Counted from the whole stretch's first letter, positions 11,570-25,109 are shown. The stretch is 63,979 nucleotides of DNA, filler included, from Octopus bimaculoides (GCF_001194135.2; 8 parts of 5 records of this genome joined end to end with filler, not necessarily neighbours in it), one strand, 5' to 3'. Notes: generated by a model from the letters alone, not told the origin. Numbers and translations: made by a program.

Positions 11570-11697
11570 GGGCTTCTTTTAGTTTTCATCTACCAAATCC
11601 AATCACAAGGCTTTTGTTGGCCTGAGGCTGTAGTAGAAGAACTTGCCCAAAGTGCCATGAGTGGGACTGAACTAAGAACTATGTGGTTGGGAAATCC
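11570..11697 (-). mobile_element. SINE family B
   Basis: gggcttcttttagttttcatctaccaaatccaatcacaaggc...acttgcccaaagtgcc...gggactgaac is the reverse complement of the family B body. Confidence 0.8.
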
Positions 11698-11708
11698 ATC
11701 TTTACAGT

Positions 11709-12082
11709 ATGAGTTCAAATTCTGCTGAGGTTCACTTTGCCTTACATTCTTTCAGGGTCATTAAAATAAGTACCAGTTGGACACTGGGTCAATGCAATTG
11801 GCTTATCCCCTCCCACAAAATTGCTGGCCTTCTGCCAAAATATGAAATGAATATTGTTACAGAGAAAGGTGGTGAGCTGGTGGAATCATTAGCATGCCAT
11901 GCAAAATGTTTAGTGGCATTTCATCCATCTTTATGTTCTGAGTTCAAATTCCACCAAGCTTGACTTTGCCTTTCATCCCTTCGAGGTCAATAAAATAAGG
12001 ACCAGTTGAGCACTAGGGTCAATTTAATCAACTTACCCCTACCTCTAAAATTACTGGCCTTGTACCAAAATTTGAAACCAAT
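11709..12082 (+). mobile_element. Two tandem SINE family A copies (11709-11850 headless; 11866-12082 with head)
   Basis: The gagttcaaattc...actttgcctt.cat...cagttg..cact.gg.tcaat core occurs twice. Confidence 0.8.
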
Positions 12083-12556
12083 AATGTTACAAAGAGCTAA
12101 AGACTTTATCTCTCTATAGCATGATGCAAAATAGTGTTTCTGATGATCTAGTGTGGTTAAGCATCCAATTGCACTTGGAACATTTGAAGCATCCAATGTA
12201 GAGTTCAACGCAAACTCGATGGTGAAACATACATAGAGACAGATGATGTAAACTTATGTTTATCGTAATTTCTCCTATATATTCACTCTGTATATGAAAG
12301 CTAATAATGCTAGTAAGTATAGTAGTAGCTAAACCACTGTATTAGAAGCAGACTGGATGATGATAATTGATATGGTGCTCTAAGCTCAATAGTAGCATTC
12401 ACACATCAATTTGTATATACACAATAAACCATGTATGTGTGTGTGTGTGTATTTACATGTAATTGTCCATATATTTCATGAGTCAGAAAGAATGGTCATA
12501 GTATTATATAATATCATTTATACTATATCATTGTATACTCTATGCGAAGTCATATC

Positions 12557-12742
12557 AGGGATTACATTACAGGTTTTGTTTCTTTATATATATTTTTTAT
12601 TCCTTATCATATTATGAGGTAAGTTAAACTTTTAGGTTTTAGGATCTTTTTAGGAATTTGACCTGAGGAATGACTGCTTTGGGAGTGAAATCATTTTTCC
12701 TTTCTAATGAACTTGGATATGGTTTTCTTATATGATTTTATA
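12557..12742. repeat. Right arm of the inverted repeat (partner 9244-9442)
   Basis: Direct sequence comparison. Confidence 0.9.
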
Positions 12743-13104
12743 ATCAGATAATTGCTGAACTTGCTTCTCCTTTCTTGGCATTAATCCCATTTGGTCATAT
12801 ATTGGCTGTCATGAAACAGTATTATGTAAATAATTATTGGATATATGTATGGGAGAGCTTAGGTGAAATGAGCTAATTTGAGAATAAAGCAAGTGAATGA
12901 AATGATGTGGCCTCAGAATAGCAAAAGCACAAGTTCTGCTGGGATAGACATGAGTCAAGGTCGACAGACAAGTAACTGACGTGTCTAGTTGCCAAGTGGT
13001 ATTAAAGAGAACAGAAAAAGCCATTTGAAAGGTTTCCACAATGATGAGAAGGCAATTTAGTTAAACAATTTGACCCAAGATGGAAAGAAAGGTGCAGTCA
13101 AGAA

Positions 13105-13487
13105 TTGGAAGCACTTTGTGATCAGCAGTATATAACAACATCGAATAGTTTGGGTGATAGCAACAAAAATCAAACATTCACTGTATCCAAATGCAATGAT
13201 AGCCGATGCGGTACATGCCGATCAATTCATACCGGCCCATATATGAACACAAAAACAAGGAAAATATTCACCAATGCGAACATGAACTGCAAAAGTAGAA
13301 ATCTAATCTACTGCATCAAATGCCCTAATTGTGAAGAACTGTACGTTGGCCAGACAGGTAATGCACTATCGGAACGCTCACATGTGCATCGACAACAGAT
13401 TAAAAACCTAGAAGTCCGCCAAATACCACTGAGTAACCATCTGGCAACATGTGGTCGTGAAACTTTTTTGATATTTCCGTTCCATAA
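13105..13487 (+). pseudogene. Penelope-like element GIY-YIG endonuclease fragment (Zn-finger linker type), truncated by a gap
   Basis: KCNDSRCGTC...NCKSRNLIYCIKCPNCEELYVGQTGNALSERSHVHRQQI...LSNHL matches the PLE IY-x-YVG GIY-YIG signature with a CxxxxCxxC linker. Confidence 0.88.
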
Positions 13488-13587
13488 NNNNNNNNNNNNN
13501 NNNNNNNNNNNNNNNNNNNNNNNNNNNNNNNTTAATTAATTAANNNNNNNNNNNNNNNNNNNNNNNNNNNNNNNNNNNNNNNNNNNN

Positions 13588-13661
<74 letters not shown>

Positions 13662-15507
13662 AGGTGACTTCTTTAATGATTTATTCATGTATTCATTCAG
13701 CCATTCATACAATAATTTCTAGAGTAGCTATTCTAAACGATATTCTTCACTTGAAAGATTTAAGCTGCATTTAAATCGTAGATCGGTTTATTAGTGAGAG
13801 CTCTTCAAGGAAACACACCTATGATATCATTCCATATCACTCCCTTTGTTTTCAGTTTAGTTTGTGTGCTAGTTGACAAATACTTGAAGGAAGTATAGTA
13901 TTATTACTCATTTCATTCATTCATTGAATTCTGGTGATTCAGTCAGTACCAACAACTATTAGTGTCACTAGTAGGATGCAGGCGCAATAGGCGTGGTATG
14001 TGAAGCGGTGTGATGGAAAGAGTATGCTGATTGAACAGGATCTTCTTTTTTGAGCACGCTACAGGCTTCTGTGAGACTTCCGGCATTGTTGTTACTGTTT
14101 TACTCATCCTCTTCCTCCTTCTTCAGTCCGAGTTGGCTCTGATGGAGCAGACTGATGGTCAATGACATTCGAGCCTTGACCATCCAGTTTTTTTTTTCTT
14201 TTTCTTCAAACACTATCTTATTAAATTAGTGTTAAGGTATTTCACACTGAGAAAATCTAAATGTGAATTAGAAATAATTATGTCATCCAAAAAAATGTCA
14301 TTGACTAATATTACTATAATTAAGGACAGTGAATTTAATTAACGAACGTTAGAACGTCAAGCAAAATGCTTTAAGATGCTTAGCTATGATCCATTACGGT
14401 CTGAACTAAAATACTGGTCAAATTTGTCTGTCATCATTCCACATACTATGAAATAATACACCTTCCAAATTTGTGGATTTGTTCTTGTAAAAAATCAATA
14501 TTATTTTTATTATTTCAGAAAGAAAGGGAAAAACTCCTAACAGGTACCGATCACTGAGTGACTTCACCATACTTGACGAAATAAAAACAAGAGACAGACT
14601 AACTACATGTACAAGAATGTACAATTGGTTGGCGTAGAAAACTAAAATTATTTAGAGAATAAATAACTCAGAGATGCCATTTGCTTGAACTATATAAGTT
14701 AGTGGCATTAACAAAAGCAATAACACTGGAAAATACATCCATATCAATGAAGAGTCAAGCATATTGATTGAACAAAATTATCCAGGACAATCAACAAGGA
14801 AAAGCAGATCTGAGGATATGAGTATAAAAATAATACAAGAACACAAGTATAGCTTACCATAATCTACAACTTTACACACAGTCCAGAAAGAGCGGTATTG
14901 AACACCGCCCACGTCCTACGTAAGACATTTTCAGTTAAATAGCAAAACCCACACAGTAAACGATACACACTTCGCAAAGTATATTCTATATAATACAGTA
15001 ACTGACACAACACATACTCTATAGAATCAACTTCAAACAATATAACACAACACATGCAACACATACTTTACAAAAGTGTAATCTTCTAAAATACACCAAA
15101 TTCACTTACATAATCGATAGCTGACATAGTAACACCTACACAAACACACATTCTACATAGTAGTCACCCATTAATATAACATAATCCATGGAGCACAATG
15201 TACCATAACACTATTTACACAGTACAAGTGAGGCACAAACATCACCTCACCGCAAAGAAAAATAAACGTCACATTGTATATACTTTATAAAACTGACGAA
15301 ATACCTACCAAATAACTAACAACACCAACCAAATAAATAAACCAAACCCCACAGCGAGGTAACACTAATGCGAGATACAAACAATTCTACATACATAAAA
15401 GACAATACTACACACAGCTTTGGAATAGAGAGGTACACGGAGTGCCGCTGTTGAAAACATAAAAATAACTGTTTATCATTTTGGAATAAGTTCACATTTT
15501 TAGGGGG

Positions 15508-15655
15508 TGGTTAGTTGATACCATTGACCCTAGTGCTTGACGGATACGTTATCTGATTGACCCTAGAGAGATGAAAGGCAAAGTTGACCAAGGCGGAACT
15601 TGAACACAACATAATGAGCTGAGGAAATATCGTATGATATTTTGTTCGCGTTACC
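15508..15655 (-). mobile_element. SINE family A, degenerate
   Basis: gatgaaaggcaaagttgaccaaggcggaacttgaac is the reverse complement of the family A core. Confidence 0.7.
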
Positions 15656-16999
15656 GATACCGCTACGATCTCAGTACATCCGCAGATGCCCAACAGATAC
15701 TAAACACTGCATACATATTTTGTTCTTTTTTAAGGAGAAAAATGAAAAAGAAAATAACCATGCACAAACCTCTGACGCATTCTGCACTCGGTTTTCCAGG
15801 GAAAGCACGCAATTAAAATAAAACTCCTAAAAAAATAATAATTTCTTTCATTTCCCACAAGGGCGGTAGATAAAAGGATATTACAAGGAGAGTAACATAG
15901 ACTTTATTATGAAAACAAAAGAAAAAATGAAAACAGTCTGCAAAAGGCATGACATAGAACAAACCAATAGGAAGGAGAATCAAGGAATCCCGCGATTTCA
16001 CAATTTTCTTGACTGTAAAGAACAAGTACCCTCTCCAATTTGTGTCCAACGGCTTACAGAAGCATGCTGGGGGTTCAAATCCTCACCGTGTACTGGTTTG
16101 ATTTAATCGACATTATGCTCACTCTGCAACTTTGTGGCTTTGCGCCAAAATTAGAAATCCTTACCACTGTTACTGATACTAGCATAGATGGAAGTTTTGG
16201 ATTTACTAGTGTCGCATTCTCTGAAATAAAGTTTTCATAAATTTTCTATATGTTCCTCATACAATAAAAAAGCAGTTCTTTTCTTTCTTCTTCTTCGCCT
16301 TCTTCCTCTTCCTCATCCTCAGCCACTTCTCTTTCTATCTTTTCTTCTTCCATTTCTTTTTCTTCTTCCGTTTCTCTATCTTCTACTAATGCTAATACTG
16401 TTTTTCATCTTCCACTCTTTGGACATGAAAAATATATTGCGTTTGAGAGGTGTTAATTCAAAAACTCATACTTAGACTGATAGACGTTCTTACGGCGATG
16501 TTGATCATGTTTCGCACGTGTTCTCAGTTTTCGGATGTAAGAAGAGATGAATTTGATAGATAGCTTCTATAATTAATTTTATAAACACCTTTAGTAATAC
16601 TTTAATAAAGACTTTTGATATTGCTTGAATAATCATTGAACTATACAAAAACAACTACGGCTGGTCGGATTGATAAGAATATATTTAAGATATTTGCTTC
16701 TCAACGGATGAGGTTTAAATAGGTGCTAGGGTGTAGTATAATTGATGATATTTTAATTCGTTGTTGTTTTTCTTTTCTTATTGCTTAGAAGCAGCAACCA
16801 TGACCCTTTTCAATGTTTTTAAGACGGATGGGTGGGAGGGATAGATGATATTATTCTGTATCCAGTGACCTAGTCCAAATGCTTGCAACAATAGACTCCG
16901 CTAAAGACACCCAAATGACAAATGGTAATACTAAACCGGGCAGTTGATTAAGACCACCAACAAAAAACACAAACCGCCCCTCAAAACGTGATTTCACAG

Positions 17000-17135
17000 T
17001 TTCCGTATACAAAATTTTGCTCACAAGGCTTTGATCAATTTGAAGCTATGATAAAAGTCACTTAACCAAAGTACTGTGCAGCGGAATCAAATGTTATTCC
17101 ACCTACTGGTGAAGCGAATTTCTTAACCACACAGT
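17000..17135 (-). mobile_element. SINE family B, degenerate
   Basis: cagtttccgtatacaaaattttgctcacaaggctttg...cttaaccacacag. Confidence 0.65.
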
Positions 17136-17325
17136 CATTGAGTAATAATATAGAATATCGTTTAGTACGAGCGTAGCTGTGTTGTTAAGAAACTGCGCTT
17201 TGCAGTCATGTCGTTCTGGACTTGATTCTACCTCATAGGACCTTAAGGAATGGTCCTTTACTATAGCATCGGGTTGTATTATTGCATTGTGACTGGAATA
17301 TAACAGACGAAAATTGTCCGAAAAG

Positions 17326-17382
<57 letters not shown>

Positions 17383-17794
17383 CGTGCATGTGTGTGTGTG
17401 CGCGTGTGAAGGTTGAGTATGCTTGCGTGTATGCATGTGTTTACCTTTCGGCGATATGTATAAGAGAAACATTTAATCATAGGAGAGAAAGTTTGTATGT
17501 TACAACATCGCATGTTTTCTATTTTACAATTACAAGAAAATTCAAGCCAAAGATAGAACATTCATTCAGTCCCTCGATCTACAAGAACTAACAGCCAAAT
17601 GTCCCTCAACTAACACCAAACGAGCTTTTGAAAAATGAAACATACATTGGATAATGTATTGAAAGTCGCCCGAAAGCAAAAAGGGGATGAAAATGGATGA
17701 AGCACATACAAACATAAGTTTGCTTGATGAAAGCTGACCTGATATTTAATGACGACAACAATAGCAACAGTGCTATTATAACCAACTTCATCAT

Positions 17795-17940
17795 AAGGCA
17801 GCGAGCTTGCAGAAATTCCGCCGAAGTCGACTTTGCTTTTCATCCTTTCGGGGTCGATAAAATAAGTACCAAGGTTGGGGTCGATTTAATCGACACATCC
17901 TCTCCCCAAAATTGTTGCCCTTGTGGCAAAATTTGAAACC
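17795..17940 (+). mobile_element. SINE family A, internally deleted, with 19-bp target-site duplication
   Basis: Head ggcagcgagcttgcagaa is fused directly to attccgccgaagtcgac. TSD attataaccaacttcatca (17775-17793) / attattaccaacttcatca (17941-17959). Confidence 0.85.
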
Positions 17941-18074
17941 ATTATTACCAACTTCATCACCACTTTTTTATATTAGGGAAGTCTCTCGAATCCGAGAAAG
18001 ACGATTCTGCAATTTTTTGCTGAACGACCTGCACAAACGATTTTTTTTATAGACATCAAATGTTTGTGTTGCGT

Positions 18075-18255
18075 ATTAGCTAACACTTCATCAAATCGAC
18101 ATTGCATGAAAAGTGCACGGTGTAACACACCTCAGAAGCCCAAGTACTCTCAGAGCAACGTGAGATGAAGTGTTTTGCTCAAGAACATAAAGCATCGCCC
18201 GGTCCGAGAATCGAATCCACGACCTCGTGATCGTGAGTACAACATCCTAACTACT
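18075..18255 (-). mobile_element. tRNA-derived SINE (family C-like)
   Basis: Minus strand agtagttaggatgttgtactcacgatcacgaggtcgtggattcgattctcggaccggg has A/B-box-like motifs. Head resembles 52600-52682. Confidence 0.7.
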
Positions 18256-18344
18256 GGTATTATTATAACTAGCAACATAATGATACAATCTCGTTTTCTC
18301 TTCTTTTTATACTTTCTTTTTCTCTCTGTTTTATTTGCAAACTC

Positions 18345-18530
18345 TTGTGAAAAAGGTAAGCCGTCCTACACCATTAATTTTCCTCTTTGTAAATCATCTG
18401 CAGGAAAAATATAAGCAGCGTGGGAATTCCAGAGGGCCGACATTCTGGATAGGAAGTACTGGGTGTGGTCATTAATGCAGGACCTGCAGAGGGAGTTAAC
18501 ACAGGGAAACACTTGAGTGGAGACGGTATA
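18345..18530 (-). mobile_element. CR1/L2-group LINE ORF2 3' end remnant
   Basis: Minus frame ...SCINDHTQYFLSRMSALWNSHAAYIFPADDLQRGK resembles the F..RT..LWNSLP..FP...LQ.FK C-terminus of CR1/L2 ORF2. Confidence 0.6.
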
Positions 18531-18718
18531 CTTTTTTTATATAATTACTGACCTATTTATTTTTATTTTTTGACCTCCTACCAACTTACTCAAATCAGCC
18601 AAGCTGCGAAAGGGCTTAATCCGATTTTTTATGCAATTTCTGAAAAAAATACTTTCATGTTATCTTTACTTACTGTAATCGATAAAAAAAATATTCGATG
18701 TAAATTGGATCAATAAAT

Positions 18719-18749
<31 letters not shown>

Positions 18750-19308
18750 TTATGAGACCAACTAGTTCCAAGGAGCGAAAGCCATTATATTAGCGGCAGA
18801 AAAGGCGAGAGAAGGAGACAGCTCGTCTGAGGGCTAGAGGCCGAACGAGTTTGCGAGTAGAAATTAAGTAATCAATACTCAAGATGATAGAAAGTTCATA
18901 TATGTGTGTGTGCACATCTTATACACATATATATTAAATATCTAAATTGTAACCTGTTGCTGCTTACGTCATTGATGACGTCAGAAATCCAAGAAAGGAA
19001 CAAAAAAAAAAGGAACGCTCAAATGAATCATTAACAACAAGAACGAAAAGAAAATAATATCATAGATAGTTGGCATTCGGTGCGCTAGACGATAAGCACT
19101 ACCGAGTATCAAGAGCAGAAGGTTTATTTCGGATTCAAACCGATTAACATCGAAATGTGGTATAGATAAACTGCAAGTTTGAAGAAAATTAGTCACACTA
19201 GATTTAGTAACAACTGGATGTTGCTGATAACAAAGAGAGAGAAAGAATGAGAGTGAGTGACAGATTATACAGACAGGGAGAAAAGAAAATATTAGTCTGA
19301 CTAAATGT

Positions 19309-19310
<2 letters not shown>

Positions 19311-19340
<30 letters not shown>

Positions 19341-19419
19341 CATACATACATACATACATACATACGTACGTACATACATACATACATACATACATACATA
19401 CATACATACATACATACAT
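19311..19419. repeat. (TACA)n microsatellite running into a gap
   Basis: Seen directly. Confidence 0.95.
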
Positions 19420-20443
19420 NNNNNNNNNNNNNNNNNNNNNNNNNNNNNNNNNNNNNNNNNNNNNNNNNNNNNNNNNNNNNNNNNNNNNNNNNNNNNNNNN
19501 NNNNNNNNNNNNNNNNNNNNNNNNNNNNNNNNNNNNNNNNNNNNNNNNNNNNNNNNNNNNNNNNNNNNNNNNNNNNNNNNNNNNNNNNNNNNNNNNNNNN
19601 NNNNNNNNNNNNNNNNNNNNNNNNNNNNNNNNNNNNNNNNNNNNNNNNNNNNNNNNNNNNNNNNNNNNNNNNNNNNNNNNNNNNNNNNNNNNNNNNNNNN
19701 NNNNNNNNNNNNNNNNNNNNNNNNNNNNNNNNNNNNNNNNNNNNNNNNNNNNNNNNNNNNNNNNNNNNNNNNNNNNNNNNNNNNNNNNNNNNNNNNNNNN
19801 NNNNNNNNNNNNNNNNNNNNNNNNNNNNNNNNNNNNNNNNNNNNNNNNNNNNNNNNNNNNNNNNNNNNNNNNNNNNNNNNNNNNNNNNNNNNNNNNNNNN
19901 NNNNNNNNNNNNNNNNNNNNNNNNNNNNNNNNNNNNNNNNNNNNNNNNNNNNNNNNNNNNNNNNNNNNNNNNNNNNNNNNNNNNNNNNNNNNNNNNNNNN
20001 NNNNNNNNNNNNNNNNNNNNNNNNNNNNNNNNNNNNNNNNNNNNNNNNNNNNNNNNNNNNNNNNNNNNNNNNNNNNNNNNNNNNNNNNNNNNNNNNNNNN
20101 NNNNNNNNNNNNNNNNNNNNNNNNNNNNNNNNNNNNNNNNNNNNNNNNNNNNNNNNNNNNNNNNNNNNNNNNNNNNNNNNNNNNNNNNNNNNNNNNNNNN
20201 NNNNNNNNNNNNNNNNNNNNNNNNNNNNNNNNNNNNNNNNNNNNNNNNNNNNNNNNNNNNNNNNNNNNNNNNNNNNNNNNNNNNNNNNNNGTATAATTTT
20301 TTCCCCTATACTTTTAATTATATTTTTAGTTCAAGTGTGCTGCCGAATTTTGAAAAAAATATAAGTGCACCGCAAGTGAAAAAAGGATGAGAGACACTGC
20401 TCGATTCTTTCTATCCCTTCCTCCCTTCTCTGTCTCTCTCTGT

Positions 20444-20496
<53 letters not shown>

Positions 20497-22749
20497 GAAA
20501 GACCAGTATTGAACGCAGGTTCGGTCGAACCAGACATAGCCGCCATCGGATTTGCACAGTATTTGGTCTGCTATCGCACATGCTGCCGATGCCAGTCTAA
20601 AAACTACACTTAAGATCCATATGAGTTCGTATTGAGTTCTATGTCAGATAATGTTTGAACTACGTAAAATACACTCCCTATATATTTTGCAACTCTTCCT
20701 TTATATGTACGTGGATCTGATAACATTCACACACACACACTACGTGGTACACTATTTACCTCACCCTTCATTACAAATGGACCATTTCGATGATATCTGT
20801 TCTACCTCGGTCACTGATCAAAATAGCACTGCCTGCGCCATGCTTAACCGATGAGCGAGTCACTAACGAACAAGTATATAACATATAGAGTCTCCATGCA
20901 CAATCCTGCATTCATAATGACTTTTAGAGTTCTATTCATTCCCATCAAACCACACTCCTTCCCTGTTGTTCAGTTGTATACAATGAAAATACAAATATTG
21001 AGTTCTGTTTCCAAATTAGATATTTATTCAACTTCCCATTAATTGCTAATTACGGGTCTCGCCCAGTCTCATCGAATACAGAATTAGAAATTAAAATAGA
21101 CACTATTCGAGGTGAACATTGTTACAATGGTTGAATGGTCGTATCTGAAACGCGATGGGAAAATTACGTTCACTCTCACCAAAAAGAGGTCGAAGTTGTC
21201 AAAAATCCAAAAGAAAAATTAATAGTGTAAAATAAACAATAACAAAAGAAAACAGGAGTGCTCTTAAAACAGTAAAACCACTGGGACCAGGCCTCAGATT
21301 GAAAATAATTTTAATTGATCAATTTGTTTAGGCTTCGGGAAAACTCTGTATATGTATACAAAAATTAAGTAGACATTTCCCTCTCAGTGGGAAGTTTGTA
21401 ACGTCAGAAGCTCCTTCATTGTTCCCACGCCATTTTATCCACGTGACCAGGGTAATTTGCCTTACTTTGATAAAGAATAACAAATAAATAAATACATAAT
21501 ATTCAGACTGCATTTTTTTGTTTTATTTTGCAGATTGCGAAACACATTTTTTTTCACCCCATTTGACCTTTCCCTTGTAAAGCAGCAATTTAGACAGTTG
21601 GCTTTACTTACATATCATTAACTAGAAATGAAACTCTGGCTCTGTCCACGAACATATACTTTTTCCCTCCCTTTCGGAAATCGAAATATTGTCATTACTA
21701 TCTAATATCCAACTGACATGTTTCATTTATGTTATTATTTTTCTTTTGTTCCAGCCTCTTTTGTTCCTTTGAACCCGCTAACTGTACACCAGCCCCCACC
21801 TAGGCCTTTTTTTTTTTTTTGTAAGTTACCAGTCTCTTCTACTCTTGTCCTCCATATTGTCTCACTCATTATCTCTAATCACTTGCCCAATCTTACCTGT
21901 CTTCTTTTAGAACACTCTTTTAGCCTATTTCTCCTCTCAAGGTCTTACGGCTAGGAATTCGAACTAAGCATTAACCATATTAACTTCGCCCAACTACAGA
22001 GATGCGTTCAAAATTGGTGCGTTTAACCAGGTCACGGGTATCTAAATTATAATATTACTCTAATAGCTGTACGTGCGTTTGCTTGTCTACTTATTTATGT
22101 GCTTTCTTATGGTATGTCTGTGTACGCCTGTATGTGTGTATGATTAAATAAAAGTCGCCTGTCTTGTGATTTATTTTCTTCCTTCAAATTTAGTTACTTC
22201 ACTGTGTGAAGTATTTGAAATATCTTTTAAGGGCCACACATTGGCTTCTGATCCGGTATTAATCAAACGATGGAACCTTGATGTTACATTAGCCCTCATA
22301 TAATGAACCCTCCTGCGGATCTATCTATCTATTTGGAATTTATATAAGTTTTTTTTTCCCTTTCACTCATAATGAATATTTAAGTTAATGTATCGTCCTG
22401 AATTCATGTCAGTTTTCCTTTTCAAGAAGGTAGGGATTTAAGGGATATATGGTTGTTATTTCTAGGAAGAAATTGAAATAGCTAAAGTCTTTAACTACTA
22501 TGTTTTACACCCACTGTAGCAACGTAGCTATTACGTGCATATGGTTTTAGTTTGGTATTCTAATTTCTTTTCACCCACTTTTTCGATAAATCCATGTAGA
22601 GAGAAAATATTTAAGAATATATTATAGGTCTTCAACACAACATTAAGGGTAATAGAGAGAACAATGAAAAGGGACGATGGATTTCTTGATTCAAAACTCC
22701 GGTTGCTTCCACACCCGACGTTATATTCATATCGTGTTGACATTGGCTG

Positions 22750-23300
22750 AGTGAAGAAAAGTTTGGGAGGAATTTTGTGCTGAGCCTTTGCAATGTGGAA
22801 TTGAATTCAAAGGGAGTTACTGCAAAATAAGGAAGCTTTCTTCAAGGAGCTCTGCTTACAGAGGCATTACGACAGAGAAATGAAAGGTGGTAGGATTCTG
22901 TAAAGTTGGTAGATATATCTTAGTAAGAAATGAAACGAGCTGGTTGCAGTTGGAGAACTTGTAGAATGTGCGATACACTAAGGTAGATTTCATTTTTCGG
23001 GTGATAACCATAACGGAACTGAGGTGGTAGATAAATGCTACCCTTTTGACAGAGGTAAGTTTGGGGGTTGAGCTTCAGCTATAATCTCTCTCCATGATCT
23101 ATGCATGCTGCTGCAGAAAGTTTTAGATTATGAGATTAGGTTGCATTAAGGATTAGAAGTCATGGTGTCTAAGGTGGAACCTTAGGCCACTTGCTTGGCT
23201 TCCTAGGTTGGATCAAGAGTAAAGTACATTTACTGTCAGTATAAAACTGCGTAACTAGTCAATTCACTGACTTCAGGTGCCATAAGTTTAGGGAGTTGTG
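22750..23300 (-). mobile_element. Highly degraded L2/CR1-type RT remnant
   Basis: Scattered minus-strand peptides LKLNPQT, LGSTLDTMTSN and QFYTDSK resemble LKLNPSKT, LGVTFDS.LS and YADDT. Many disruptions. Confidence 0.35.
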
Positions 23301-23734
23301 TTGTATATATATCGCAGGAAACCTTTTTTTAGGCAGTAAACTAAAACAAAATACAGAAATAGAAAGGGTAAGAAGAGGTTGATATTTTGAACCTACAACT
23401 CTTTGAATAAAATTATTTCTATAAAAGAAAACCGACAAAGATAATGTATTTGTAATTCTAGATAGTAATTACCACAATAAAATTAAGCTGCTGCTTAGCG
23501 ATTTTTATACATTTAATAACATTTGTAGTAACGCTACACAAAACTTATGGACTAGCTCTACTGCCTTGACGCCAACACTGCGGTTATTAATCAGAACTTC
23601 AAAGTAGAAGCACTCGGTTAATTTCCGCCAATTTATCAAAAAATATAAATTAGGAGGCGGGGTCCCTTGAGATCTATTCTCGCCCATTTGAATATTTAAC
23701 ACCACCACTACTACCATATAGGATACTGGATGAC

Positions 23735-23920
23735 TCTAAGTAGTTGCTTGATCTGCTAGAAATAGAACCCAAATCTCCCTCAAATCACACTCTACCTTCT
23801 TAAAAATGGAAAGGATACATTGGATAATATACTCCTACATTCACAGTGTCTAAACAGATGAGTGAGTCATGGTTGGAATGCATTTGATCATCTGTTGCTC
23901 TAACAGGACTAAGGCATTAA
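23735..23920 (+). repeat. Dispersed repeat family D (probable SINE/LINE tail)
   Basis: ctagaaatagaacccaaatctccctcaaatcacactctac...catggttggaatgcatttgatcat. Similar copies at ~24395-24605, 25990-26200 (-), 26230-26580 (-), 50800-50940 (-), 53605-53765 and 59130-59200. Confidence 0.7.
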
Positions 23921-23951
23921 CATAAATACATATATACTCAAATATATACAT

Positions 23952-24046
<95 letters not shown>

Positions 24047-24634
24047 CATACACACGTGTGTGTGTGTACGTATGTGTGCATGAATGTATGCGTGTATGCA
24101 TGTATAGTGTATATGTGTGTGTGTATGCACACACACACATTCACACATATATGGGCGTGGGGTAACATAATCAATGGGGTGCCGAGAAAAACACCTTGTT
24201 TTCGGTTACATACACCGTATTTTTTTTTTATCTTTCTCCAAAGTCAATAAGTACTTATGTCGATATAATTGACTGAAACCTCTGAAGGTTATGACACAAC
24301 AGCATGGCCGCATTTCAATGACTAGAACTACTAAAAGAGCAAATGATACACCAATCTCTATCACAAAACATTCTGTGAGCCAAGAAAAGAGCTCATACTT
24401 GGTTGCTTGATCTTCTAGAAATAAATCCAAAATCGCCCTTAAATCACACCCTGCTGTCATAAAAGTGAAAGATATGTCTATCAAGGGATAATACTGTCCT
24501 AAATACATTATTCATTTAATACGTTCAGAATTATCGGAAGTGACTTGGAGCTAATCAATGCCTGCTTCATTAGGTGTGACCTGAGATGAAACAACAAATC
24601 TTTCTACTATAAGGTAAAAGGCCTGAAATTTTGT

Positions 24635-24820
24635 GGGAATGGGTTAGTCGACTACATCAACCCCAGTGCACAGCTGGTACTTATTTTATCAAATCCGAAA
24701 GGATGAAAGACAAAGTCGACCTCGGTGATATTTGAGCTCAGAACATAAAGCTGGAAGAAATGCCGCTAAGCATTTTGTCATCCGACACCGTAACTGTTCT
24801 GCTAGCAGCTCGCTGCCTTT
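24635..24820 (-). mobile_element. SINE family A
   Basis: gtcgactacatcaaccccagtg...ggatgaaagacaaagtcgacctcgg...ctgctagcagctcgctgcc. Confidence 0.85.
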
Positions 24821-25031
24821 AAACAATGAGAATAACAGCAAAACACATGCCTTCTGCAAATGTTTTGCTGAAAATCATTTGCACCCATCCTACCATATAG
24901 ATTAAAGCATCACAAGGTGTGTCCTAATAAACTAATAAAGAGAATTTAATGCAATTATATAGGATGTAGCAAGATTATATTTTTTTCGGACTCTAAAGAG
25001 ATGAAAAACTTCAGTATTAATAGTTATACAG

Positions 25032-25104
<73 letters not shown>

Positions 25105-25109
25105 CCTCC

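Noticed and set aside
13532-13543. TTAATTAATTAA motif recurring between N runs (also ~28512, 39638, 47853, 57094, 60047, 62715)
   Set aside because: It always sits inside N padding and gives stops in all frames. It is an assembly spacer, not biology.
14148-14190. 12-13-bp hairpin actgatggtcaa/ttgaccatccagt
   Set aside because: It is an intrinsic part of dispersed repeat family D, not a locus-specific structure.
21388-21560. Apparent exon-intron-exon on the plus strand (ctctcag|...|gtaatt...ttttgcag|)
   Set aside because: The downstream frames stop quickly and the peptides are unrecognisable. The same applies to splice-like signals at ~14860-14917(-), 27919(+), 50133-50173(-), 50445(+), 51790(+) and 53048(+), which are common by chance in AT-rich DNA.
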